From the NCBI GenBank assembly GCA_964619685.1, contig CAZUET010000001.1:7719-71718 (forward strand): a stretch of 64,000 bases of DNA, read 5' to 3'. This DNA comes from an uncultured Christensenellaceae bacterium. GTDB taxonomy: Bacteria > Bacillota > Clostridia > Christensenellales > CAG-1252. This document shows positions 1-10,900 of this stretch, one piece after another (the stretch's first letter is position 1; the number at the start of each line of letters is the position of its first letter). The notes beneath the pieces are model-generated. The model saw nothing but the letters and a program-made list of their open reading frames with translations. It made no database searches and was not told where the DNA came from. Position numbers and translations under genes: made by a program.

Positions 1-367
1 GATCAAATTCGCCCTCCGCATATTGATGCTTAATACCGAGTTGATAGCCGTAAGCCTTACCTATGCTACCGCTTTCATCAGCCCAAGCATCCCAAATATG
101 GCTATTTAGATCGTTTACGTTATTAGATTTTTTCTGCCAAATCCATAGAATTTCATCGATTGCGGCACGGAAGTTTGTTTTTCTAAGGGTCATGATCGGG
201 AATTCTTTGGATAGATCGTATCTATTGACTATGCAGAATTTTTTTACGGTATGAGCAGGGGAATGGTCATCTGCCCAATAAGGACGCACTTGCAACCCCT
301 CATCCGAAAATCCGTTCTCCAAAATATCGCTAATGTTTTGTTTAAAAACCTCATCTGCATAACTCAT
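1..367 (-). CDS. thyA: thymidylate synthase ThyA, N-terminal 122 codons (gene runs off the left edge)
   Basis: Absent from the ORF track because it is open to the window edge. My translation from ATG at 367 (SD GGAGG at 376-380, minus strand) is MSYADEVFKQNISDILENGFSDEGLQVRPYWADDHSPAHTVKKF...ILWIWQKKSNNVNDLNSHIWDAWADESGSIGKAYGYQ. This tracks the Bacillus subtilis ThyA-type N-terminus closely. Confidence 0.85.
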   Translation of the reverse strand, partial: MSYADEVFKQNISDILENGFSDEGLQVRPYWADDHSPAHTVKKFCIVNRYDLSKEFPIMTLRKTNFRAAIDEILWIWQKKSNNVNDLNSHIWDAWADESGSIGKAYGYQLGIKHQYAEGEFD

Positions 368-379
368 GATTACTTCCTC

Positions 380-1852
380 CTAAATTGAAATTGTATGTTC
401 GGCTACATAGCTACGAAGTGCTAATTTGCCGTTTTCGACTACCCATATATTGGTAAAATCGAATTCTTTATAAGTATTATCTAACGATGCTTGACTATTA
501 TCAAAGCCAAATACCGTAGTTTTTGCATTTTGTTTAACCGTCTTACCGCCAATAGCATATCTATCGACCAATTCAGTTACTGTCGGGTATTCGTCGTTTA
601 TTGATAGACCTAACTTTTGATAGTTAAAGTAGCAGTTTGTATAGACAAGCGAGGATAAGCCGTCTGCAGACCTAAATTTACCGCCCCCGAAGATACCCAT
701 ACCGATGGTAAGGGGATCACCGCCATCGATTGCAGTTGCATTAAGATATGCATCAGCTACCGAATTATTGACCTCGCTAAATGATGTCGCATAACCGATA
801 AGACCGCCTGCGTAACTGCTTGTTTCGGGAACACCCGAACTTCTGCCTGTTGAATGTGCCGTTATTTTGACGGTCGAAAGGCAGTTTTCTATTATGTCCT
901 TTGTTCCAATATTGGTAGTACCCGCAATACCGCCGACATAGCACTTTGAAAATACCATATCGATCTCGCCCGAAGCGGAGCATCTACGAATCGTAGAGCC
1001 GTAGGACTCGCCAATCAGCATTCCTGCATAGCCGTAATAAACGGCGTTTATAGGTGAATTGATGGAAATATTACCTTCAACATGGCAATTTTCAATATTT
1101 GACTGCTTGCTATATCCTGCAATGGCACCCCAACCGAAGCCCTTAGAAACATAACTCATATTGACAGAATAATTTTTGATAGTCACATTGATTATGCTTG
1201 CATTTTCAATAGAGCCGAATAGTCCCATATAAATGTAACCCGAATCGGGTACTTTATTTTGTGTAAGGTTTGTAATTTTGAAGCCGTTGCCGTCGTAATA
1301 ACCCGAGAATTTTTGCGATCCGCTACATATTGGAGAGGTGTTTTTATCGGAAAGGTCAATATCGCAGGTCTGTTTATAAAAAAGCGGTATAGTTTCGGAA
1401 ATTCCGTTTGTAGTAACCTTTTTAGTTCCTGTTTGAATAGACAGCAGTTGTGTAGCCGATTCAATAAGTATGGGATCGTCCTCTGTGCCAGAGCCTCTAT
1501 ATGTAACCGAGCCATCGGCACTTGAAGAGATATTAATATCTTTATCGAGCGTATAATTGACCTCGTTAGAATACTTGGAATACTTACCGTTAATATTAGC
1601 CTTAACAGCAAACATATAGGAGCCTTTTTTTACGAATTTAGCCTTATATGATGTTTCGGTTGTTGTCAATTCATATCCGTTAATATCGTCGAACATTATT
1701 TTCAGCGAATAGCTTTGTGCATTAGAAATCGGTGACCAAGACAAAGTATCGCCGTCTATAGTCAAAACGGGAGTACTCAAACTTACCATATCACATGAAG
1801 CTAACGATAACGGAATAAATATACATAGTATCAAAACGATGATTTTTTTCAT
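380..1852 (-). CDS. secreted lipoprotein with Fn3-like N-domain and GLUG-motif repeats
   Basis: 490-aa ORF with lipobox signal MKKIIVLILCIFIPLSLASC. Repeated G-rich units (MGLFGSIENASIINV, WGAIAGYSKQSNIENC, VGGIAGTTNIG..IENC, AGGLIGYATSFSEVNNS) are typical of GLUG-motif surface proteins. No obvious SD. Confidence 0.7.
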   Translation of the reverse strand: MKKIIVLILCIFIPLSLASCDMVSLSTPVLTIDGDTLSWSPISNAQSYSLKIMFDDINGYELTTTETSYKAKFVKKGSYMFAVKANINGKYSKYSNEVNYTLDKDINISSSADGSVTYRGSGTEDDPILIESATQLLSIQTGTKKVTTNGISETIPLFYKQTCDIDLSDKNTSPICSGSQKFSGYYDGNGFKITNLTQNKVPDSGYIYMGLFGSIENASIINVTIKNYSVNMSYVSKGFGWGAIAGYSKQSNIENCHVEGNISINSPINAVYYGYAGMLIGESYGSTIRRCSASGEIDMVFSKCYVGGIAGTTNIGTKDIIENCLSTVKITAHSTGRSSGVPETSSYAGGLIGYATSFSEVNNSVADAYLNATAIDGGDPLTIGMGIFGGGKFRSADGLSSLVYTNCYFNYQKLGLSINDEYPTVTELVDRYAIGGKTVKQNAKTTVFGFDNSQASLDNTYKEFDFTNIWVVENGKLALRSYVAEHTISI

Positions 1853-2070
1853 ATATAAATTATAAATATAGTGGCATTTTTTGTCAATAGGTATCTGTAA
1901 ACAGAAAAATTATTAAGATATCGTAATAATTGTTTCGTTTCTCAAAGGAATATCCTATCTATATCTAAGCATATATGTTTTATTTGATAAAATTATATAT
2001 TATGTAATATAAAAGGCACATTTTTAATACACGGTCGAATTCCTCTAAACAAGACCGAGTGGAGGCATAA

Positions 2071-4722
2071 ATGAACTATAAAGGACTAAGCGAACAAGAG
2101 GTTGTTCGCTCCAGAGCAGAGCATGGTAATAATAAGCTTACCGAAGTAAAAGGTGAATCGTTCTGGAAAAAATTATTGAAGAACTTTAAGGATCCAATGA
2201 TAGAGATATTATTGGTAGCACTGGTCATCAATATTGTAATTGCTTGCTTTGGCAAGTGTGAATGGTACGAGCCTGTCGGCATTTCAATAGCAGTTTTGCT
2301 GGCAACCTTTGTATCCACATTTTCGGAATACCGTAACGAAAATGTATTTAAGAAGCTTCAGGAGGAAGCATCGAGAATAATATGTAAGGTATTTAGAGAC
2401 GGCGTTATCAAAGAAGTCGTTATAGACGATCTCGTAGTCGGTGATATAGTGATATTACAGCTTGGCGATAAGGTTCCTGCTGACGGCGTGATTATCGAGG
2501 GCGAGGTGTCCGTTGATCAATCGGCGTTAAACGGCGAAAGTAAGGAGATAACCAAGGTTCCGGGTGAAGAGACAGAATATAGAGATTTTCTTGATTACAG
2601 CAGTGTATATCGTGGTTCCATAGTTTGTAACGGTAATGCCGTAATGAAAGTAACTGTAGTAGGCGATAAGTCGGTATACGGTAAGATTGCCGAGGAATTA
2701 CAGCAAAATGACGATAGACCGTCACCGTTAAAGGTTAAACTTGAGAAACTTGCTAAAATGATAAGTGTATTCGGCTATATCGGCGGAATACTCATAGCAT
2801 TATCATACTTATTCCTTAAATTTGTTATTGAAAATCAATTTGATCCTCAGTTAATTAGTGCATATTTTTCGGGCGATTGGATGATAGTATTGGGCGATTG
2901 CGTGGAAGCGTTAATGTTAGCGGTCACAATTATCGTAATGGCGGTACCTGAGGGCTTGCCGTTGATGATTGCATTGGTTTCCGCACTTAATATGAATAAG
3001 ATGCTCAAAGAGAATGTTCTTGTTCGTAAAATAGTAGGTATCGAAACAGCAGGAAGCCTTAATATACTATTCTCCGATAAAACAGGAACAATCACCAAGG
3101 GTAAACTCGAAGTAGTATCGGTCCATGACGGTAGTGGTAATGCGTATATTGAATCAAGTGCTATTCCTAAGCCTATAATGGACGAATTGACTGATAATAT
3201 TTTGACCAATACACAGTCCATTTTGACTAAGGGTTCCGACGGTTCAATGACCGTTGTAGGCGGTAATGCCACAGAAAGGGCTTTGGCGCACTATGTAATG
3301 AATAGCGAGACTAAGCCTAAGGAGTTTATCAGCAGTATACCGTTCAACAGTACTAACAAGTACTCATGCGTAACCCTAAATAATGGTAAAACAATTATAA
3401 AGGGTGCTCCCGAAAGACTTTTACCTTGTTGTAAGTATTATCTCGATGCAGAAGGTAATGAGGTTCCGTTGACCGATCCGTCCGCTATTGATAAATCTAT
3501 CACCGATTTAGCGGTTAGGGCTATGCGTGTATTGGTATTCGCATACACCAATGAAGAAATAATTGATGAAAATATTTATAATGCAAGCCTAACGCTTGTA
3601 GCCTATATAGGTATTCGTGACGATGTTCGCCCCGAGGCAGTGCAAGCTATTGCGGAGGTTCAAAGAGCAGGTATACAGGTTGTAATGATTACGGGTGACC
3701 GTAGAGAAACAGCCGTTGCTATCGCTAAGGACGCCGGTATCATTAATAGCGAGGATGACCTTGTATATACATCGGATGAGCTTGCAAGTATGAGCGACGA
3801 AGAGATAAAGGATTGTCTACCTTATATCAGAGTAATAGCAAGAGCGTTGCCAAGCGATAAGAGTAGACTCGTTGATATCAGTAAGAGTATGAACCTTGTA
3901 GTCGGTATGACCGGTGACGGAGTTAATGATTCCCCAGCACTCAAAAAAGCGGATGTTGGCTTTGGAATGGGGGGCGGTACAGAGGTTGCAAAGGAAGCGA
4001 GCGACTTAGTAATACTTGACGACAACTTCTCCACCATTGCAAGAGCGGTTTTATACGGAAGAACGATTTTTAATAGCATTAGGAAGTTTGTTGTATTCCA
4101 GCTTTCTATCAATATTGCAGCAGTGTTTATCAGTTTCCTTGCATCATTCCTAAGCATAGCGGAGCCACTAAGTATTATTCAAATACTTTGGGTAAATCTC
4201 GTCATAGATACCCTTGCAGCGATAGCATTTGGTGGAGAACCGCCTCTGCCTAAGTATATGGACGAAAAGCCGAAGAGTAGAGATGGTGACATTATAAGTA
4301 AATCAATGTGGATTAGAATTATCACATCGGCATTATTTGTAGTCGTGATTGGTATATTGATTCTTAAATTGCCTGCTTTTGTATCATTCTTCCCGTTTGA
4401 TCCGACGGCAGAATCGTCAGTATCACATACGGCATTCTTCACATTCTTTATGTTAAGTGCAATCTTTAACGCATTCAATACTCGTACCAGCTCGATTACG
4501 CTGTTCAATAACATTCGTGAAAACAAAGGCTTCTTACCGTGTATTGGCTTAATATTTGTTATACAAATAATATTGACACAATTCGGCGGTGCGGTATTCC
4601 AATGCACAGGACTTAACATATATCAATGGTTGGTAGTATTTGCTCTAAGCCTTGCGATCATACCTTACGATATTATTCGTAAACTCATTTTGCATCGCAC
4701 CCGCTTTGCCGATGACCTATAA
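2071..4722 (+). CDS. P-type (type IIA-like) calcium-translocating ATPase
   Basis: 883 aa; SD GGAGG 6 nt upstream. Motifs: phosphorylation site DKTGTIT, PEGLP, MITGD, hinge TGDGVNDSPALKKADVGFGMG; multiple TM segments. Confidence 0.9.
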   Translation: MNYKGLSEQEVVRSRAEHGNNKLTEVKGESFWKKLLKNFKDPMIEILLVALVINIVIACFGKCEWYEPVGISIAVLLATFVSTFSEYRNENVFKKLQEEASRIICKVFRDGVIKEVVIDDLVVGDIVILQLGDKVPADGVIIEGEVSVDQSALNGESKEITKVPGEETEYRDFLDYSSVYRGSIVCNGNAVMKVTVVGDKSVYGKIAEELQQNDDRPSPLKVKLEKLAKMISVFGYIGGILIALSYLFLKFVIENQFDPQLISAYFSGDWMIVLGDCVEALMLAVTIIVMAVPEGLPLMIALVSALNMNKMLKENVLVRKIVGIETAGSLNILFSDKTGTITKGKLEVVSVHDGSGNAYIESSAIPKPIMDELTDNILTNTQSILTKGSDGSMTVVGGNATERALAHYVMNSETKPKEFISSIPFNSTNKYSCVTLNNGKTIIKGAPERLLPCCKYYLDAEGNEVPLTDPSAIDKSITDLAVRAMRVLVFAYTNEEIIDENIYNASLTLVAYIGIRDDVRPEAVQAIAEVQRAGIQVVMITGDRRETAVAIAKDAGIINSEDDLVYTSDELASMSDEEIKDCLPYIRVIARALPSDKSRLVDISKSMNLVVGMTGDGVNDSPALKKADVGFGMGGGTEVAKEASDLVILDDNFSTIARAVLYGRTIFNSIRKFVVFQLSINIAAVFISFLASFLSIAEPLSIIQILWVNLVIDTLAAIAFGGEPPLPKYMDEKPKSRDGDIISKSMWIRIITSALFVVVIGILILKLPAFVSFFPFDPTAESSVSHTAFFTFFMLSAIFNAFNTRTSSITLFNNIRENKGFLPCIGLIFVIQIILTQFGGAVFQCTGLNIYQWLVVFALSLAIIPYDIIRKLILHRTRFADDL

Positions 4723-4781
4723 TACCATAATTAAAATACATTCATCAAAAATAGCGAGTGAAAATAATTCAAATATCAAAT

Positions 4782-4820
4782 TCGGTCTGTTGATTAATTC
4801 TACGGACCGAGTTTTTATTT
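4782..4820 (+). terminator. intrinsic terminator after the ATPase gene
   Basis: Stem TCGGTC (4782-4787) / GACCGA (4805-4810) followed by a T-rich run 4812-4820. Confidence 0.6.
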
Positions 4821-4945
4821 TGGGTGCGTGCGTATAGTGTGTGCGTGTTATTATTAAAAAATATTATATTGACACCGCTATGGTAATAGTTGTAAACTAA
4901 TAATGATAGGTATAATCGAGAGTGTACCTAAAAGTCGGAGGATAT

Positions 4946-7900
4946 ATGAAGAGATCACTGCTAATATTTTCGTTTATATTGATATTGTCGGTAACGCTGG
5001 TATTTACCGCATGTAGGACCACGCCACCCGATATAACCGTAGATGACGACGGTTCTATGACCGTAGCCAAAGCAATAGACGAGATATATACTGCAATGAT
5101 CCACTCTTGCACGACCGACGGTGCAACCGAGGGTATCTATGTTGCATTTAGCGGAGAAAAAAGGAGTACTGATAGCGAATTGGCGGTCAATCCACATGCG
5201 ACGCTATACGATTTTGGAGCAAAAATATATATTGATTCCGATAATTTAGCTAACGATACTAAGAGTATAGCTTCATTCACCGTAAGAGAAGAAAACGGTG
5301 GCAGTTTATTTTCTTTATATTACTCAAACGGCATATTATATATAGACTATCCGCCTATACTTAATAAGATAGCTATACATGGCTTAGAGCTTGGAAATAT
5401 AGTCAATACATTGAACCAAAGTAAGGTGCATGACGGTAAGGTTAGCGAAGTGGTCGAACTGATCCCGATATTGGGAAATTATATTTTTACCGACTGTAAA
5501 AAAGTGGTATTAGATAAATGCAACGACGAAAGCTGTAATTGTATTGATCATTTTCAATACATATGTACAATTGATTTTTCACTTGTTTATTCGGCATTAG
5601 AAAATGTTTTGACAACCGCTGATTTAGGTATTGATGCGGATATGCTGTTAGGTGCTTTGAATCTAACTAAGGGCGACCTAAACCGATTAAGCAAGCTAAA
5701 TACAACGGTAACCTTTGAGGTGTATAATACAAGGGGTGGTGCGGACTACTATTATTTTAAGAATGCTTGCTTTGAATCACTTGAAGGCACAGTTACCAAT
5801 TCTGTTGCGCTTAATAGTTTCACCGCTACCGAATTTACAGAAGAGTTTTCTTCTGAATATAGCGTTCCGCTTGCCGATAATTTATCGACATATAAGCACT
5901 TTGATTTTAGGAATTTTGATTTATCGGGTACAGTTGAATTCGATTTTGACCGTACAGATTCAATAGCCGAATTATTTGGTTCATCGGTTGCTACCAAGTT
6001 TACCGATAATACCTACACATCGAATTATTCGTTTAAATCTAATTTTACCGACGGTGAAATGCATTTTTGTTTATCGCTTGATAATGTACTGAATACGGGA
6101 AATGGCATTTCTCTTTATTTTGACGGTAATAACTATTATATTGATGCAACCGCACTTTTAGGCGAAACATGCTATTATTCGTTTGATAAAGAGTATATTG
6201 AAGATAAGCTTGAAATTCTTTCTTTACTTACCGAGCCTAAGAGTTTAGACGGTATCGATAAAGCATATCTTATTGTATCACTTTTAGACGGACTTAAAAT
6301 TGACAAGGATAAAACCGTTCTCGAGATTGGCGGAAATGCACTTGAGCTTATCAAGAGCGTATCAGGTTATGATTTTGCGTACAATTATAACCGAGTTTCG
6401 TTTTCTTTAGATACCTCTAACAATTTATTCAAGTCATTATCGCTTGCATTATACGGAGATGGACTTACCGTTAATCTGTCGGCAACAACGCCTACGGTGG
6501 GATATGAAGTATCTGTTATTGAGCCGTTGTGGATAGAAAAATGCCAAAAATGGAATAGCATTAACACATTAACTCCGGTAATAAGCGGTAGGATAGAAAC
6601 AAATATAACGCACCTTAACAATGCCGAGCTTGTGTCGAGCTTGATATCGAGCTTAAGTGGCGAAAATGTAACTATCGACGGAGAAATTACCGACTTTGTG
6701 GCGGAATGTAATTTTACCGCAAAGGGTGCTCTTGATATATTTAAGCTATCATTTTACGGTTCTGAAAATTCTTTAGTTTGCTCAATATACTACAAGTCAT
6801 CACTCGATATGATCTATGTAATATTCCCCGAGCAAAACGGAACCAATAAGATACTATCGTTGAATCTTCTTGATAGCGGACGGTACGCTTCATTTTTAGG
6901 CGACATAAACGGAAATGCACTTGTAACATCTAATTCGTCGGCGGTTCTAAAAAATGATGCTAACGGTTTATTGTTATCGGCTGGTCGAGATGGAGCCAAT
7001 GAAATACTATCATTCATAAGCCGACTTTTACCCGATAAGGGCGTAAAAGAGCTTCCCATAGATTTTGCAGTCGATACATTCACGCTATCTATCGGAAACG
7101 GAATAAGATTTAGCACGCTATTTGCCAAGAATAAGCGAATTGACCTAATTATTGATGATATTACGCTCGAGCATTACGATCTATCCGTAAAAACTAAAGA
7201 ATTAGGCGGTCATGATGGACGCACGGTATCTATATTCGATGTTAACGACTTATCGAATACTGTTACCGTTGAAATGAACGGAAAGGAAAGCTCTACCCTT
7301 ATTATTAATGTATCGGATATAGGTGGATGGCATTGCGATAATGTGCCATCACTTGGTGCAGGCGTTCGAGAGGTCAATGCATATATCGAATTGCTCGGAC
7401 AGCGTATAACCGAAACCGTTACGGTCGATTTTACCGATGTGAGCGAGCATTCAGTCAATATTCCTTTAGATTATATCGATTATGTTGATAATAGTGCTAA
7501 GACATTTATCTTTGATGGCTTTAATAGTGCTGTCGATCCCATAAAGGTATTGTCGAATGGTTTTAATACCATTGGAATGACGGTCGGAACACATTATATC
7601 AATAAATCGGTTATCTGGACATATGGCGGTAAGCCTATTGACCAAGCTGTATTTACCCAAGGCTCCGAATTTAGAGTAACGCCCTCTGTTATAGGCTTTT
7701 TCGGGGATGCGTTAGAGCTTAACTCCTGTGCATACACCGTTAAGCTGACCGATACCGATATTGATAAGATTGAAAATGCAGAGAGCTTTATGGACATCTA
7801 TGCATACGCTATCTTCGATCCTTTTGACACAGCAACCTATTCACAAACCGATGCATATGTATTAACAAAGAGCGGAAAGCGTTTTAAAGCGGATTTATTA

Positions 7901-10900
7901 TGGGATACCGAATCTATTCATAATAGGTCGGTCAAGGTAAACGACATTTTGCTTACCGATTCCGAGCTTGTATCGGCAATGAAAAATAGATTATTTAGTC
8001 TTGACGGAACATATGAGATAACTGCATATATAATCAATTCGTTAGGTGTACCAACCGAATTAAAGGCGATGATCAATATATCCGATCGAATTATTAATAA
8101 TACCCGACTGGTAGGTCTTAATGACGGAATTTCTATTATTGGCGACGGTATATTATTGTTTGATCAAATAAAGATTCCGTCAATAGACTCGAATACTGTG
8201 ATTGCAAGAGAAGTGGAATTGACCTTTTCTAACGGCACACAATCGGAAAGAGCGGTAAAATGGGAGATTCCTGTGGTTAAAAATGTTCCTTTATATTCGA
8301 CAGATACAATAAGCGGAAGTATCTCTCTTATTGTGGGTGACGATATAGGCGGATATCAATCATTTGAATATCCCTATGTATTTAAAAACTATAACATTAC
8401 ATCTATATCTCTTTACAGCGGAACAACGGCAGTCGCTACCGAAAATGAAGTCGGTTCGATAGTCAAGTTTGAGCTTTTGAATAATAATCCATATGATTTT
8501 AGCATTCCCGATAAGGTGGTAATGGATTATTCCGCATGTACTCTTACCGTAGACGAGAAAAGCTTTGATTTTGATGCATCGAGTATAATTATTGAGAATA
8601 TCGATTGGAATCTTAGATCCTATAATGATAAAGAAATATGGTATAGAGGTGAACACTATATCTATGGCGGAGTAATATCCGTTGCAGATATGTATATTGA
8701 ATTAAGCATCTCATTTGTTAAGGCAGTTGTGGAGAATTGGAGCCTTTTAGATGCAGACGGTAATCCGTCAAATCTTACAGACCCGATATTGACCACTCCG
8801 ACATATGTAGAAGATTCAAAAGGCGAATATGTTTTGGTGAACGGACGATTTGTGATTGGTAATGAAACTCATATAGGACTTAAGTACTACCGCATAGAAA
8901 GCGGAATTGAAGGCTTGGTATACTATAGACCGATAGACGGTGACACCGAGTACAGTATTACCATTGATCCAAATAGAACGCACTATTTGTGTTATGACAG
9001 TTATCCGTCTACAGCACGAGTTTCATTTAAGGGGATAACCGATGCTAATGGACAAAGCATTTATTTTGATCTACCGCTTAACTGGGATCTATCGTCATTA
9101 ACTGCGGTGGATGTAGCTTCAAACGGCTACTACGAAAAGGTTCCCGTATATATACCGCTTGGTCAAAGACTTGCCGATATTCGTCTATGGATATCGAGTA
9201 AGGACCCTAACGATTACTATTTTGTATTTGATTCGCAGGGTGAACCATTTCTTGGAGATGTCGAAAATAACGAGGCTAATCTATTTAAGACTAAAATAAT
9301 AAGCGTAAAGCTTCTCGATACCGACTTGAATGGAAATTTGGTGGTTCACAATTTGAACGATACGGCATTATTGCATAGTCTTATTTGCGGATGCGATAAT
9401 AACGGCTGTATGGGTAAGCTGTATTTTGAATATGCAGATGCAAATACAGTCAATAGTTGGTTTGATATTACCGAATGGATAGGCTTAGACGATATTAGTA
9501 AGTTGTATCGCCAAGAGATAGCAAAGGGCGTGTCGGTTAATGAAGTCAGTGGAAGAATATCACTTACCGCTAAGGTCGGTAATATAATATGCTCAGCATT
9601 GACATTGTCAATAGAAGGCTCGCCGTTAGTATCACCTTCTTTTGACGGATACTTGCCGTTAGCAAACTCATCTGTCAATAATTCGACAGCTGATATATAT
9701 TCAATGACTGCGTCGGGTACGGATATTACGGTTGATCCCTATCTTGTAAATGCATCAGACTCACGCTCGTATCCAAAGAAGGTATCGTTCTATCTCGACG
9801 GAGTAAAAACGGTAGCACGCCTTGATGGATGGAATTGTGATATTTTTGTAGGAAAAACGCTGTATTTAGGTGTAAGCGGTCAAGCTCAAGCCGTTATACA
9901 AACTATTTTCGGAGATATAGAGATTCCATGTACTGTCACTGTCAGCCGTAGAGTGGTTGACAGTGTATACATTGACGGAGTTTCATTAAGACGGATAAAT
10001 ATAAATGCATTTGACGATTCACCCTTTGGCGAAAGCATAGTTAATGAAAATGGTAGAGTGATAGCGTATAAGGCTGTTGAAGTGAAATTTACCGACGATG
10101 ACCGTCTATACTACATGATGCTGAAATATGATATTACAGGTATGACTGCCGATTGCCACGGTGGATTGATTTCAAGTGATATAGATGCATATATCGGCAA
10201 TGACGCAGGCGGATATCAACTGATAAGGGGATACTCAGTATATTCTGTTCAAAATACTTTAGAATCGATAACAACAGATAATGCAGTTGTTAGAGAATTT
10301 ATTGCAGACGGTAAGATATATTCTCAAGACAAGGGTTTTGCATCCTTTGACGGGGCAATAAATGATTCTAAAGCCAACCTTGCTTGGAAAGAATTGGTTA
10401 CCAATGTCGATAGCTTGACTTTAACTTATTCATATTATAAGGACGGAATTAAGGTAGTTAAGACTGTGAATGCTCGAAACGATTATTTATCGGTATTTGC
10501 CTTTGACTTCGTGTTCGACCAAACAGTATACTTAAAAATATGGAACGGAAAAGATATTGTCGGTAGCGCTCCTATCGTATCGATCGACTGCGGAATAAAT
10601 AAACCGATAATGTTATTTAAAACCGATCTTGCATTGAATGGACTTGCTTTATCACGAGAATATGATGCCCAATATACCGCAGGACAGTATTTAATTGATA
10701 ATCCAATCGAATCGAATATCGTCTTGCTTGATACTAAGACAATTAGCGTCAAATTGCTCGATGCAAAAGGTGGTGCTGTCGATATGGATAGCATTCTTAC
10801 GGTTGGCGATTACACGCTATCGATCGTTATTGAAGACGGTAGATTTGTATTATCTGATGACGGAATAAATAAGCTCGACTCAATAGAATTGACCGTAACC

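Noticed and set aside
2032-4810. Similar CGGTC/GACCG(AG) hairpins in the 5' UTR (2032-2057) and the terminator (4782-4810) of the Ca-ATPase gene, suggesting a bracketing element
   Set aside because: The stems are only 5-6 bp and the loops are unrelated. The similarity is too short to distinguish from chance.
4824-4848. Alternating purine-pyrimidine tract GTGCGTGCGTATA/GTGTGTGCGTGT (Z-DNA-prone)
   Set aside because: It is short and interrupted, located between a terminator and a promoter, and there is no evidence of function.
777-10794. Numerous 60-150-aa track ORFs overlapping long CDSs on the opposite strand or in another frame (e.g. 777-983, 1192-1611, 2847-3272, 4179-4619, 6814-7128, 9346-9678; likewise 11578-12027, 27230-27610, 28346-28810, 38746-39207, 39601-39861, 40877-41275, 46059-46367)
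   Set aside because: Each is fully nested in a longer ORF with clear homology or signal motifs. None has an SD or a recognisable motif. They are typical shadow ORFs in AT-rich DNA.
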